Part shown: positions 1-13,397 of the stretch, one piece after another | Position numbering within the stretch: the stretch's first letter is position 1 | Layout of the letters: the number at the start of each line of letters is the position of its first letter | Assembly: GCA_000182565.2 (NCBI GenBank) | Contig: KQ257464.1 | Length of the DNA stretch: 20,000 nt | Source: Spizellomyces punctatus DAOM BR117 | Taxonomy: Eukaryota | Direction: 5' to 3' (one strand) | Made by a program: the position numbers and the translations under genes | Notes under the pieces: model-generated | What the model was told of the DNA's origin: nothing | Databases searched by the model: none | The model's input: only the letters and a program-made list of their open reading frames with translations

Positions 1-198
1 CACTGCCGCATGACGCATTGAGGTTCGGCGTCCAATGCTTGAACTCCTCTCCATTGGTGCGACTGTTCAAGGTAGCCATCAACTGTGGAGAAGCTCCAGC
101 GAGAACGGGACAGTCACGAGTGATTAGTAAGCAACATCTCACTCGCCTCTCCGCAATTGCTTACCAAGATAGTTAAGTAGCTCCTGTGACCTTAGCAT
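1..198 (-). CDS. 5' fragment of an unidentified gene running off the left edge
   Basis: Minus-strand intron 164-83 (GTAAGC donor, TACTAAT branch, CACAG acceptor). ATG 198 gives MLRSQELLNYL|VDGYLEQSHQWRGVQ..., open to position 1. Alternatively the intron is in the 5' UTR and the start is ATG 79 (MATLNSRTNGEEFKHW...). Confidence 0.4.
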
Positions 199-505
199 GA
201 ACTACCACAGTCTCAAGCCAGCCAAAAACCGGCGTCCGCTGTGCGTCGGTGCAGGCGAGTATTATTCGACATTATGATGATATGTTATCAGCTGCCGACG
301 TACAGTTGCTAGCAAATATATATTTGCATCCTTTAACATTACATGAAGGGAAGCGAAGATTAACGACATATCTGTACATAAGCTAGAATGGGCGTGATGC
401 TGCGAAATGCGTGCGATCTACTGTTGGCGTACATGCGCCATTATCTCCGTCAATTACCGTAGCAAAAGCAAGCCCAGAGCTCATCGTTGGCCACATGATC
501 TAAAT

Positions 506-1960
<1,455 letters not shown>

Positions 1961-2401
1961 TTAGAAAGCAGGCACATGGATCGTCCGATCTTGGGTGTGC
2001 GCGTCCGGTGAAACCGGACACAGTCACGTGATTTCTCCCCACCCATTGCACTTTGGGCTTGCTACACTATTGATTTTTTTTCAACTTTTGAAAATTTCGG
2101 ACTCCATTAGACCCACAGCGAATACTCTTTACTCAAACATATCATGTGATAATCTACCGTCTGATGTATGCATGAACGCTAGTGTCAAACTCTCTCCACG
2201 CTGGAACGACGGTTTCGTTTCCTATTATAGGCTGTACACAAGGAGAGAGAGGTGTTGTGCCCGGCTAGTAGCATTTTTTTGCTATGTAGGACTGGCAGTC
2301 TCAGAACGAGCTGATACACGACAAAGGGGATATGCACAACTGGTACCAATAGTTTCGTTTGTACAGTGCAGCGGAGCTCGTCACACTACTTTCAGCGTGT
2401 T

Positions 2402-3912
2402 TCACTGCCTCTCGCCTCTAGAATAGCCATAGCTGTGCTGCTCTCGTCCGTAACTTTACGAAAAATGAGACCATATTTAGCGACGGCCCCTCGACATCTC
2501 CCAGTACAAATTACCACATACTTTCTGCTTTCCTCATATCGAGACTCTCTATATCTGTCGTGTCTGGCATCACCGTATCGATCTCTTTCTGAATTCGATC
2601 TCGGGCTGCGACTCCGCCCTTCACCGGCGCGATGATACCGGCGCGGCGAATATTCACGTCGGTCTAACTGACTGTTAGAAGTTGTCACCGTAATGGTGTT
2701 ATATGGAAGGTCTGCGGACATACCGGGATATTCTCCATCCCCATAGGTCCTCCGTGCACTGCTTTCCCTACTCGAACCTCGGTGCCGACGTGCCTGATAA
2801 GCTTCAGACCGGACGCCACCATTAGCCCCATACCGGTCGCGGCTGGGCCGATCAGATATATATTCACGGTTTGCCTTTTTTGGTGCACTGTCTGCATTTG
2901 AGCTGATCAAGCAGTCAGCACATCGTCATACCATAGGCAATAGCGCTGCCAAGCTTTAAAACCTTACCCAGCCATAGCATCAGTAGTTATTCCGTGCGCG
3001 GGAGGATTTTCCTTCAATTTCTTCTCAATATCTCGTGCAATGGGAACTGGTATCCGAGGGAGCATAGTGCCGATCCACTTGTTGTCGGTCAACAGCTCTC
3101 GCAGAAAACGGCCCATGGACCTACCGAATAAGAAAACGCAATCAGGAAGGCTTACCAAGATCGCCTACAGTGCTTACATACATCATCCTGGGCTTAGCAC
3201 CAGCCTCTACTTGAAGCTCTTCATCATCATCCAAGTAAGGCTCGTACCAGCCCCACAAGTCTGCAGGCTTGCATACATAGCGCAGATACAAAAATCCTAA
3301 CGCACGGATATGCCTTTGGAAAGAACAAAAAAGGGATGAGCAATTGCACCCAAACAGCTGATGAGACGGAGCTAATTAATACGCACGCAGAATCTGTGTG
3401 AGTGATCAGCCCCTGAACCTGCTTTACGGTGAGCTTCAACGTCCAAAGTTTATATAGTAGGCAAAAAGCGGTGGAGGCGTGGGTTCCTTTAAAAAATGGC
3501 TCTATATGAACGAGACACCCCAGTGTCACGGAGTGAGAGCATTATCAGTATGGCACGATAACGACGCTTTGTCACGCTTGGGAAATGCAGCTCTGTACCC
3601 AACGGCGAGCCCAGCTAGATGGCGTCGGGGTGCCTCTAGATACTCACCAAGTGAAGACACTTGATGAGTACACAAATAAATTATGCGGTGATTGTCAGCC
3701 AACCATGGAGCCAAAGGACTAAAGAACTTTCAGGTCCCACCTTGATTATAGATCTCGTCAATCACTTCATGGTAAGTTTTCTTCTCGTATAAGCTCTTAA
3801 AATATGGTGACGAGATGATGTTTTGATATAAGATATTGTGCAGGTTCATCGTGTCCTTGTTTCCGACTGTCTCCAGTCGCTTAGACCGCTTTGAGTCATC
3901 TGTTGTCGACAT
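2402..3912 (-). CDS. PRP38: PRP38-family pre-mRNA splicing factor (PRPF38B-like) with R/S/E/D-rich tail, about 338 aa, 7 exons
   Basis: Motifs TMNLHNILYQNIISSPYFKSLY, STAFCLLYKLWTLKLTVKQ, HIRALGFLYLRY and TMLPRIPVPI. Exons 3912-3741, 3659-3648, 3501-3387, 3313-3182, 3120-2968, 2902-2522, 2453-2402 sum to 1017 nt. Confidence 0.9.
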
Positions 3913-4478
3913 GTTCAAGCGAAGGAGTTTCAATGGGGAGATTGTGACAAGCACCTTACGAATTAAAGTGTACAGACAAATGTTGCGTGGACACGAGAGT
4001 GGATCCAACCACATTGAACGTGACCTTTACGATGGACTGGTTCCTACAATAAGACCAGTCGGTATACATGCTCGTTCAAGTACGCAGATCATGCAAGTAC
4101 CATGAGAGGCCTTTACTTATTCCACGGACATTATACAAAATGCATAGGTCTCAACTTCCTGGGGAGCATCACCTATGGATTGGCGGCTAGACCAACGTTG
4201 ACTCTGGGGATCTGGATCCATACCAGGGTTTTGAGCAACTATTGCTGCTAACGTCCGTTGCGGATAGAATCATCTCCACAGTCCTCCAATCCTTCAGATG
4301 TGATGCCAATCGACTAGTTCTCCTATATCTCCATGCTTATCAACTTCCAGTGGTGGTAGCTGGTTATCCTACTGTGCTCGTCCCGTAGCTAAGGTTACTG
4401 TGCCACACGACAAACATCAAATACACTTGGTCTACTCTCCGCTGGCCATGGCAGCTCACCAGCGCTTCACTGCTCACC

Positions 4479-5020
4479 ATGACAGCTCCCGAAAATCAAA
4501 AACGGCCACCACCCCCTGTAAGTTTGGTGTCATTGCACATTCAAAAGGGCGAGAAAGATGCTTATCGGAGAATCAGGCGAAAGCTCTCTCGGATCATCTC
4601 CTGAAGACCGCCGATTTTCTTGACACTTTCGCCGCACAGCTGGTCGGGAAATCCACTAAGGCTTTCAAAGGAGAGAGAGAAGCCATAATTCAAGACATGC
4701 GAAAAAGGTATGCCGGGTTTTGTCTACCCAAGATACAATTGGGAATCTATAACGCACCTCGAGAAGCTAATCACTCCCAATGTACTTTCACTGTCCGCTT
4801 TTGTGGATTCATATCATGCAGAGGTCAAGATTTGTCGGGGGACGGGCATCCTGAGGAGAGTGATTACCCTCCAGCACCGTCAGAGGACGACGAAGCTGAA
4901 GAGACTGGGGGCAGTATGTCAGATGTCGAAGACAACGGTGCAGCTGACGAAGCAGTGTCTGACACTATGGACGAGGATGAAGAGCATGAGGAAGACGACG
5001 ATGAGCACGATGACCAATAA
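4479..5020 (+). CDS. Small unknown protein with helical N-half and strongly acidic C-tail, about 122 aa, 3 exons
   Basis: ATG in CACCATG context. Introns 4518-4576 (GTAAGT..CAG) and 4708-4821 (GTATGC..GCTAAT..CAG) give MTAPENQKRPPPPAKALSDHLLKTADFLDTFAAQLVGK...DEDEEHEEDDDEHDDQ*. Confidence 0.65.
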
Positions 5021-5139
5021 CCGCCAGGAGAACGGAAGGAATTATATATATATGGAATTGGATTTGTGATGTATCGTATGAACTGGGCTCTGGAAGCGCC
5101 GTCTCTAATCGTGACAGAAGTCCACCCCCTGTCATCCAA

Positions 5140-7679
5140 TTATTCCATGGTGAACAGATTGATACGGCTGGAGGACCGCACAGATCTCAGACCGCCTCCT
5201 TGTTGCTGCTGACCTGATGGTAGTCCATCCATTTCCACCGTGCCTGCACTTCGTGTATGCGATGTGTCACCCTTTGGCGCAGGACGATTTCCCGTCCAGA
5301 CATTACCATTCACGTCATGGAACACCTCCTCCTCTTCTCCACCTTTCCCCGTCGATTCAGGCTTGCGTCCGAAGCTTTGAAAAGCAGATCCGGAACGAAG
5401 ACTACTCGCGATAGGGCGTTGGGGACCGAAGCCCCCTGATGCATGACTGGCTTTTGAGGCATTCCGTAGTTCCTTTCGGCGATTTTCGAAAGCTGAAGGG
5501 GATAGGCCGAAAGTTCGTTGGGTGCCAGAGTTGGTCCGCGCTGCGCCCTCTCCTGAGCCGGCAGGAGTATGAAGTAGCCGTTCTCTTGATGGTGACGCAT
5601 GCCGTCGCCTTCCACCGGTTCGCCCCCATTTCCATCGCGTCCTCGTAAACAGTGGCTTCAACCATTTGTTATCGAAGCTCATGAACCAATGAGTCATATC
5701 ATCATCCCAAATAGTATTACCCCTGCCCCGTGAATCCTCTTCAACATCGATCCGCACCCCTCGATGGGAGTCGCTCTGCACAAGATCTTCCAGTGATCCT
5801 ACACTGACGTTGTCCAAACTTTCGTTGGACGCATGGCTGTCCCCGTGGTCCCGATGTATGGATCCTGGTAAATCGTCATCCCAATCATCCCCCTCTCCGT
5901 CGCTTGAATCTGTGTCTGGATCTTCATCGTCATCCTCAATGTAGTCATCCCCTGTAGCCAATCCGCTTGAATTGACTCCTTTCTTTCCTACACCTGTTCT
6001 AATCCGCAGCCTAGATAGTGCCATGTTCGTGGTGCCACCTAGTAAGATGACGGTGATGATGCATATAATCAAAGTTGTTGTCTGAATCACTCTCGCTGTT
6101 CTCATGGTCTCTTCAGTGTCACCGCTAACTTCAAAAGAGAGCGCAAATGCGATGGCACCACGTAATCCCGCCCACCACAACATTAACTGATGATTTCGAG
6201 GGATTTCTTCCCTCGGAGTTCCCGGGCGAAGTCGTGCGCTGACGAAATTGATCAGTCGGGCGAGAGGAATGACCGACATGTATCTGGCTACCATACAGAT
6301 AATCTATGAAGTCACAGTGAACCTTCCACTTCTCAAAGACGTAACAAAATTCGCATGCACATACCAAAGTGAAGAATATTAGACCTGGCCGATAAACCTC
6401 ATCTTTGAGATTGGTGAATACGGTAACTCCCAAATAGATGAAGACAAAGTTTTCGCTGAGTTGAGATAAAACTCGGAACATATACTTCGTTGTCCGACGA
6501 GTTCTGATACTCATGTTATTATAGGCGTAGTGTTTGAGACAAATTCCACAAAACAGTAGTGAGACAATGCCGGAGAGTTGTACACTATTCGAAAGGAGGT
6601 AAGAAGAATACGCAAGGAGAGCAATGATGGATGACTCCAAGGACGGAAATTCGTGCAAGCGCGAGTGCTTTAGCATCAGGGCGCCTATCAGCGCAATGAT
6701 TATGCCAACCATGACCGAGCCAGTGAAAACTGCCAGGAACGAAGCAGCGCCGTGAAAAAGATTGACGATTGTCACCTCTTTCCCTCGAAACTGGCCGAGT
6801 ACTCTGGCAAGGCAAAAAAATGAGATAATCTGCAGTGGATGTCAGAAGACACTTCCACACCTACTTGAAAAGGACGATAGCGACTGAATCATTTAATATG
6901 CTCTCGCCAAAGATTATAGCGTATAATTTGGGATCCACGCGCAACTGGTGGAATATCGCCAGAATCGTTACTGGATCGGTTGACGAGAGAATTGACCCAA
7001 AGACGATACAATCAAGCATAGTCATCTTCAGCTCGGGGTGCCAATGTGTCACCACAAGCAAGTATACGACAAAATAGACCAGTACCCTAAAGAAGGACAC
7101 AAATATGAGTTCCTGAAGATGATTTCATTAACTACTACGGCTGTGCCTTTACCCAATGATAATGGTGGATATCATTGTACCTATTAGAGCGAAAGTCAAT
7201 ATTGAGCCTATATTTCGAAAGAAGTTTTTCTTGAACAGAGTGAGAATGCGCTAGTGATGGTCTTGGCATCAAACTGAACATACTCGTTTCATATCATATC
7301 CGGAATTCAAAATGATAGGTGGTAGTAATAAATTGAAGAAGTATTTGTGGTTGAAGGTGACCGTGCTGCTGACTGGGGACAAGGAGTAAGTACAACCAAT
7401 CAAAAGTTATTTCGCTCCTCCTTCCAAGCAGTGTATGCACTCACATGGCGTCAATCGCACAACGAGCCCGACCATCAAGCCCAGAACGATAGAAACTACG
7501 GTTTCGTGAATAAAGCGGATCTTCTTCGACTGCAAGTAGTAGCTCGTCAAGAGGATCACAAAAAGCAGTGACACATAAATGAGGAGTGCGCCAGTCGCCC
7601 ATTTGTCATCATTCGGATGTGAGTCGGGAAGTGGTACAGAGGGGCTCTCCGTAAATGTGGGCAGTGTGGGCGACGCCAT
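5140..7679 (-). CDS. NHX1: Endosomal/vacuolar Na+(K+)/H+ exchanger (CPA1, NHX1/NHE6-9 type), about 741 aa, 6 exons
   Basis: [65 protein letters not shown] and [13 protein letters not shown] motifs. Exons 7679-7445, 7372-7284, 7229-7153, 7086-6865, 6803-6365, 6303-5140 sum to 2226 nt. Long acidic/disordered C-tail. Confidence 0.95.
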
Positions 7680-7839
7680 TTCTGACGGGATGCCAAGTTC
7701 TGAAGTATGCCGGAAAGCCAAGTCTTGCCAGCTTCATTGCGCAGCAGTCTTGCTTAGTACAAGCTTAGCCACATGACGTGATTACGAATTCGAGCTTATC
7801 CGAGACATTCTACAGTAGCCTATTGTATATTTACAGTCT

Positions 7840-10736
7840 TCATAACATATATTGTTCCGCTGAAGATGCCAACGGTACCTCCAGATACCAGAGGCCTTTG
7901 TCTTTCAAAGAAAGGGCGCTTGTTGCAGTTCGAATCGCTCTATGAAGGTCGTTCGCGCCTTGCACAGAACCGAGCTGTGAAAGGATGTCGGACAATGGTG
8001 AACATTGGGAGTCATTCGCAACGGGATTCCATAATGCACTTACATTAATGAAATACGTGGGTGACCCGTTCTCGGATGTGGTCACGATAAGATCGCTCTG
8101 TTCAACTTTTAGGGCCACAGTAAACGACAGGAAGAAGTTGATAACTTTCTTGTCATTACAGTCATTGTACATCACTGCGCGGGGTTTCAGTAAAAGGGTG
8201 GTGTCCCGATGCAATCGCCCTTGTCCAACTACTTTACCTAAGCGCGCCGTTTCTGGCTGTCCTAATATCGCCTTAACAGCCACAGTTCCTCGATCGCACT
8301 CCTTCCATGGGATGTTGCGAGTGTTGTCCAAGCGATGAAGCGCCGCGGCGGCCTGCACCCATTATTCAATGAGAGGCATGTGACGGACATCAGATATGCA
8401 GAGCAGCGTACTTTAAAGATTGTGACTTCTTTTATGCTTCGCAGCGTGTCGATAGTGTATTCTGCAACAGCGCTGTTAGGGTGCTCTGAGATTGAATTCC
8501 TCGTCAGAGAGTCGAACTTCTTCATCGCAGGTGTCGGGAGCTCTGTTGTCAAATTGGAGATCGATCTCTTTAAACCCCATCCTGTCTCATCGAGTGGGGG
8601 GCTTTGGGTCTGCATAAGCTGATATGTCAGGTTGGCTTTCAACATGCAATGAATTGTCAGGCGCTTACTTGAGCAATTTTAGGTGAAGATGAGCGTAGAG
8701 ACGTTCGCGAATGAGTCTATCAAACCCAATGAGACCTTACTGAGGAACTCTAAACAGAGATTGTCTCTACGGAGAACCCACCCGAAGCAAGCTCGTACGT
8801 TGTTCTGCATGGTCTCTGGAAGGAACACATTCTATCGGAGAGCCCCGCATCTGCAGAGGGGCTTAGAAATCATTGATTGGCAATTTGATAATGCAAAGAC
8901 CAACCGTAACAGATTCAGCGCGCCCGCCGGTCCCGCGCAATCCCTCCATCATTGATAGCTGTACAGCACGACGTCCTGCATCGTTCGCTGTGTTCAGAGT
9001 CGAGTTACAAGTCTGTCATAAATTGGCAGATAAGTATATAAATGGACGAGCAGAAGTGAACAATAGGGTAAGCTTACCGGCCCCGTGAGAGAATGTGGTA
9101 ATTGGTCCATGGATGGGCTTCGCTCCTAGATAGCTACAGTTAAAAAAATCATACAAAATGCCATTGAGTAGTGGCAGTTCTCAATCACATACTCTTGGGT
9201 AATGATTGTATCCGTCATGATAAGTCGTCGCGTTGTAGACGGGCTGTACTGACTCATTGGGATGCACTGAAAGTGAAGATCCCGCCGCAGTCGGCATTAA
9301 GCCATTTGTCGAACCCATCTGGGAATAGGATCCTCCCGTACGCAGTGTGGTAAGGGGATCTGCAGATAAACGGTTTATGCTGCGACTAATAGACTGTGGG
9401 GGTATAGACGATCTTAATCCATGTTTTGTGGCTGACATTACTGCGTTCGGTCCTGAAGATTTATGCATGTTGGCAGGTTCCGGTGCTGGGGGATATTCGA
9501 GCTCATCGGGTTTCTGATCCCGACCTGTCTTCCATCGCTTGTCTATGAGAAACTCTCTTTTTCTTTTATCTGGAACAGGCTTAAGAACTGGTTTGGCATC
9601 GGAAGTATCCACTGGAAAGTCCTACCAGGTGTGTCCCGAAAGTGTCAAAGTTCAGTTCAAATGGTTAGGCATGGAGGCCCCGATGCATCATGCATACCTC
9701 ACGCAGCCCAGGCTGTTTAGTGACCTCAGCTAGCGCTTCTGGGGGGATTTCAATCTTTAGCATAGCTTCGATCTTCTTCTGTTCTTCCACTTGTTTCAGC
9801 TTTTCTTCATCAACAGGGATTATCGCGCTTGCGTTCGGATCCTCATCCGTCTGACGCTCATCCTCATTACCGAAGTCTTTGGTAGATGGCTCGTATTGAA
9901 TGTCAATGACGGAGTTCTGGATTGCTTTCGTAAACTGGGTTTCTCCCCTTTCGAAATTGACGTCGTGCTTTTTCGACTGGCAAGGATGTCACCACGTTCA
10001 GGTGATATTAGATTCCAAAAAGGGACATTTCAAACTCACAGCTTTCTCAATTTGGTTTAACAGCTGAACCAGTTGTGCCATCTGCTGTTGCTCATTGGCG
10101 CGTTCTTCGCTTTCATGTTTGATTTGGGTTTTCAGACTGCATATTTCCCCCTTAAAAGCAGAGGTGTGAAGAAGATTTTTAGATGCGCAATACATCTGAT
10201 CCAGTTTACATACCTCATAAATACGAGCTTGCGCATCAAGGCGTATATTCAATTGGCGAACATTTTCAGAGAGCTCCGCGATAATCTTATCCTTTTCGTA
10301 AAGTCTGCATCTGGCTTGCTCGCAGTCCAGCTTTGCTTTGAGACACGCATTTTTAGCGGAAAGGACATCAATTCTACGGAAAAAGTGAGTCAGTAACACC
10401 AACGTTGGCAAGAACCGCCAGGTCACACCTGAGCTGCTTCACTTCCTTTTCCATGTCCGTCACTCTGTCGAAGCTTGGTTCTTCTGTAATTACTGTCATA
10501 CATCAAAGTCCCTTTGTGAATAAAAGGCGGCGCTCTTTCCTACCCATATGATTAGTTGAGGGGATTTTCAACCGTTTATTTGGTCCTTCTCCAGAAATTT
10601 CTACCACTGAACGGGGCGATTCGCCTCCTTCTTGCTTTGAGCCAACATTGGAACTGCCCCCGGCTAGTTTCCTTTTCCGTTGTTCCCCGGGTGTCAATAT
10701 GCTCTCGTGCAGCCTGTGTCCTTCGCTTGCCTCCAT
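7840..10736 (-). CDS. Unknown protein of about 680 aa: basic NLS-like N-terminus, coiled coil, disordered middle, C-terminal RanBD/EVH1-like (PH-fold) domain
   Basis: 13-exon GT-AG model summing to 2040 nt: 10736-10544, 10492-10429, 10373-10214, 10150-10040, 9976-9698, 9621-9193, 9125-9078, 9012-8905, 8850-8782, 8609-8412, 8352-8238, 8174-8044, 7974-7840. The start codon and some middle junctions are tentative. Confidence 0.7.
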
Positions 10737-11309
10737 TTCTAACGGGCACTGGTCGAAAAATGCAGAAGCCCCCGAGAAGCACAGATAGGTGTGCAATGCA
10801 ATGCTTAGCCACGCTTAGCAAATGGTCCGATCTGTCAACCATTTGCGTTTCTTCTAGCTACGGGAACATGCTCCTCATGGGAGCATGCAAGTGGAAATGC
10901 CGTACAGTGTTTCTCGCAACTATTCAAAATACTATCTGCTCTGGAAACTTTGAAACATTTTGCGAAAGATAGCCAACAAGACAAGGCGGATAGAATAAAT
11001 CAACAAAAATTCTTGGTGACTACTACCAGATGAGGCCGAAGGATCTGCCAAACACATTCATAAAGTATCATAGTTTGTTGATGCAACCTCAACTATTTCA
11101 TCACAAGTAAATTGTAAGTCTCGCAGTTGTGCAGTGCCCAAGTGTTCGTAGTGATTGTTGATAACATGATTCGAGTGCATTGAAGTCAATATTTAACCAT
11201 CAAGCCGGATATTCAGATGGATCCTAGATGAAACAAAAAATAGATTTTTTGGGTTGTCCATCGACATTTTCACTAGCAATCCTCAGCTTGCAAGGCAACG
11301 AAGTAAAGA

Positions 11310-13133
11310 ATGACCACCGGAACTAAAGGAAAGGTGCTTCTCGCTTATTCTGGTGGCCTGGACACCTCATGCATTTTAGCGTGGTTGATTGACCAGGTAC
11401 GTTTTCCTTTTTACCCTAAATGGTTTCTGAAGAAGCTGACAATTGTTTCTCCAGGGCTACGAGGTGATGGCCTATATGGCGAATATTGGCCAGGAGGAAG
11501 ACTTTGAAGCTGCTCAGAAGAAAGCGCTCGCTATCGGTGCTACCAAGGTGTTCGTGGAGGTAAGGGGACAGTCCCAACACCCTCATTCAGCCACTCCAGT
11601 GCTCACAGCCGACAACCGTGATAGGACCTGCGTAAAGAGTTTGTAGAGGACTTGGTGTGGGCTTCAATTCAAGCTAACTGTCTGTATGAGGTGAGTAGTA
11701 TTGTCTCTTTAGTGAAACGACAGCGTTTTGTGAACGGGCCCGCATCATGTTTTTTTAGGGCGTGTACCTCCTTGGCACCTCTCTTGCGAGGCCTGTGATC
11801 TGCAGAAAGCAGGTTAGCAGATCTTCTATTTAGGCGACTTCATATGTACTAAAAGATCCCGCCCACTGTTAGATCGAGATAGCTGTTCGTGAAGGATGCG
11901 ACTATGTGTCTCACGGTTGCACCGGCAAGGGCAATGACCAAGTTCGCTTCGAGCTTGGCTACTATGCACTGAAACCCACCATAAAAGTCATTGCTCCTTG
12001 GAGGGACCCCGGTGAGTAAGCTTAGTTGCAGATTTCGATATTTTGACTCCCGTCTTACTGTAATTGATGTGTTGTTTAGCCTTCTATGAGCGATTTCCTG
12101 GTCGACCAGCCCTTCTCGAGTATGCTGCCGAAAAGGGTATCCCGGTCTTTCAGACTGCAGCTAAGCCATGGTCAACCGATGAAAACCTCTATCATATCTC
12201 CTTTGAGGCGGGCATCTTGGAAGATCCCAATGTGACACCACCGACGGACATGTGGAAATTGACTGTCGATCCGGAAGACGCACCAAATACTCCTGAGCGC
12301 ATTGTGAGTTGATTAATCACTACGCAACTCTACGTATGCTTTGCATGTTAACACGCCCAAGGCTGTTCATTTTGAAAATGGCAAACCGGTGAAGGTTGAG
12401 AACGCAACCGATAAAGGCACCGGTGAGTGAGTGAATCTATATAATGGAAACATTCCACGCATTAGTATTAATTTGTATCTGTAGTTTACACGGACCCCCT
12501 TGAACTGTTCCTATACCTCAACCAACTGGGCCGGAAACACGGAATTGGCCGCATTGACATTGTAGAGAACAGGTTCATCGGAATTAAGTCGCGAGGGTGA
12601 GACTTGAATTATACTTTGCATGAACGATAGACCAGTTTTTTGAAGCAGCTGAGTTGGCGTTCACCAGGTGCTACGAAACGCCTGGCGGCACAATTCTACG
12701 TGCAGCGCATGTCGACTTGGAAGGGTTAACATTGGATCGCGAAGTCCGCCGGTTGAAGGATCAATACGCTCAGCGCCTCTCTGAGATTATTTACAACGGG
12801 CTTTGGTACTCACCGGAACGTGAGTTCATTATGTCGAGCGTGGAGTACTCACAGAAGGCCGTCAACGGTGTTGTCAAACGTATGTACTCTCTCTAGGTCT
12901 GTTCTTTTTGATAGATGCAGAACTGACTAGAATTCGGTGCAGTCAAACTTTACAAGGGCAATGTAATTGTCGAAGGGCGCTCGTCACCAAATTCCCTGTA
13001 TGACGAGAAAATTGCCTCCATGGATGAAGCAGGTGGATTTAATCCGTCAGACTCTGAAGGGTTTATCAAAATCCAAAGTATCAGGCTAAGGGCCTACATG
13101 ACTCAAAAGGATCTCTTGCAAGGTGGCCGGTAG
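11310..13133 (+). CDS. ARG1: Argininosuccinate synthase, 416 aa, 10 exons
   Basis: [72 protein letters not shown] and LYKGNV motifs. Exons 11310-11396, 11455-11559, 11625-11690, 11759-11812, 11873-12011, 12080-12303, 12362-12422, 12485-12596, 12668-12879, 12943-13133 sum to 1251 nt. Confidence 0.97.
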
Positions 13134-13397
13134 TTGATAGGATGTTCACGTATCTTTGTTTATCCAGACATTTATGTACCGCATACTATTCATTGTTCTG
13201 ACAATTCTGGGTGCATCACACCATGTACGACAACCTTCCCTCTTCAGACTGTGGACATGAAGCAACTTGGCCTAAGAGGGAGGTTTTTACCCTAGTACTT
13301 TACAACTCTTTCTGCATTGTTGATAACGCATTATGTAGCTCTCGTCTGTGGCCATGGTTTTCCGTCCAATCAGCGCTGCAGTACTTAAAATATAAAA

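Noticed and set aside
10980-11309. Gcn4/CpcA sites or an arginine-attenuator uORF upstream of ARG1
   Set aside because: No perfect TGACTC/GAGTCA seen and no convincing uORF. The attenuator peptide belongs to CPA1/arg-2, not ARG1.
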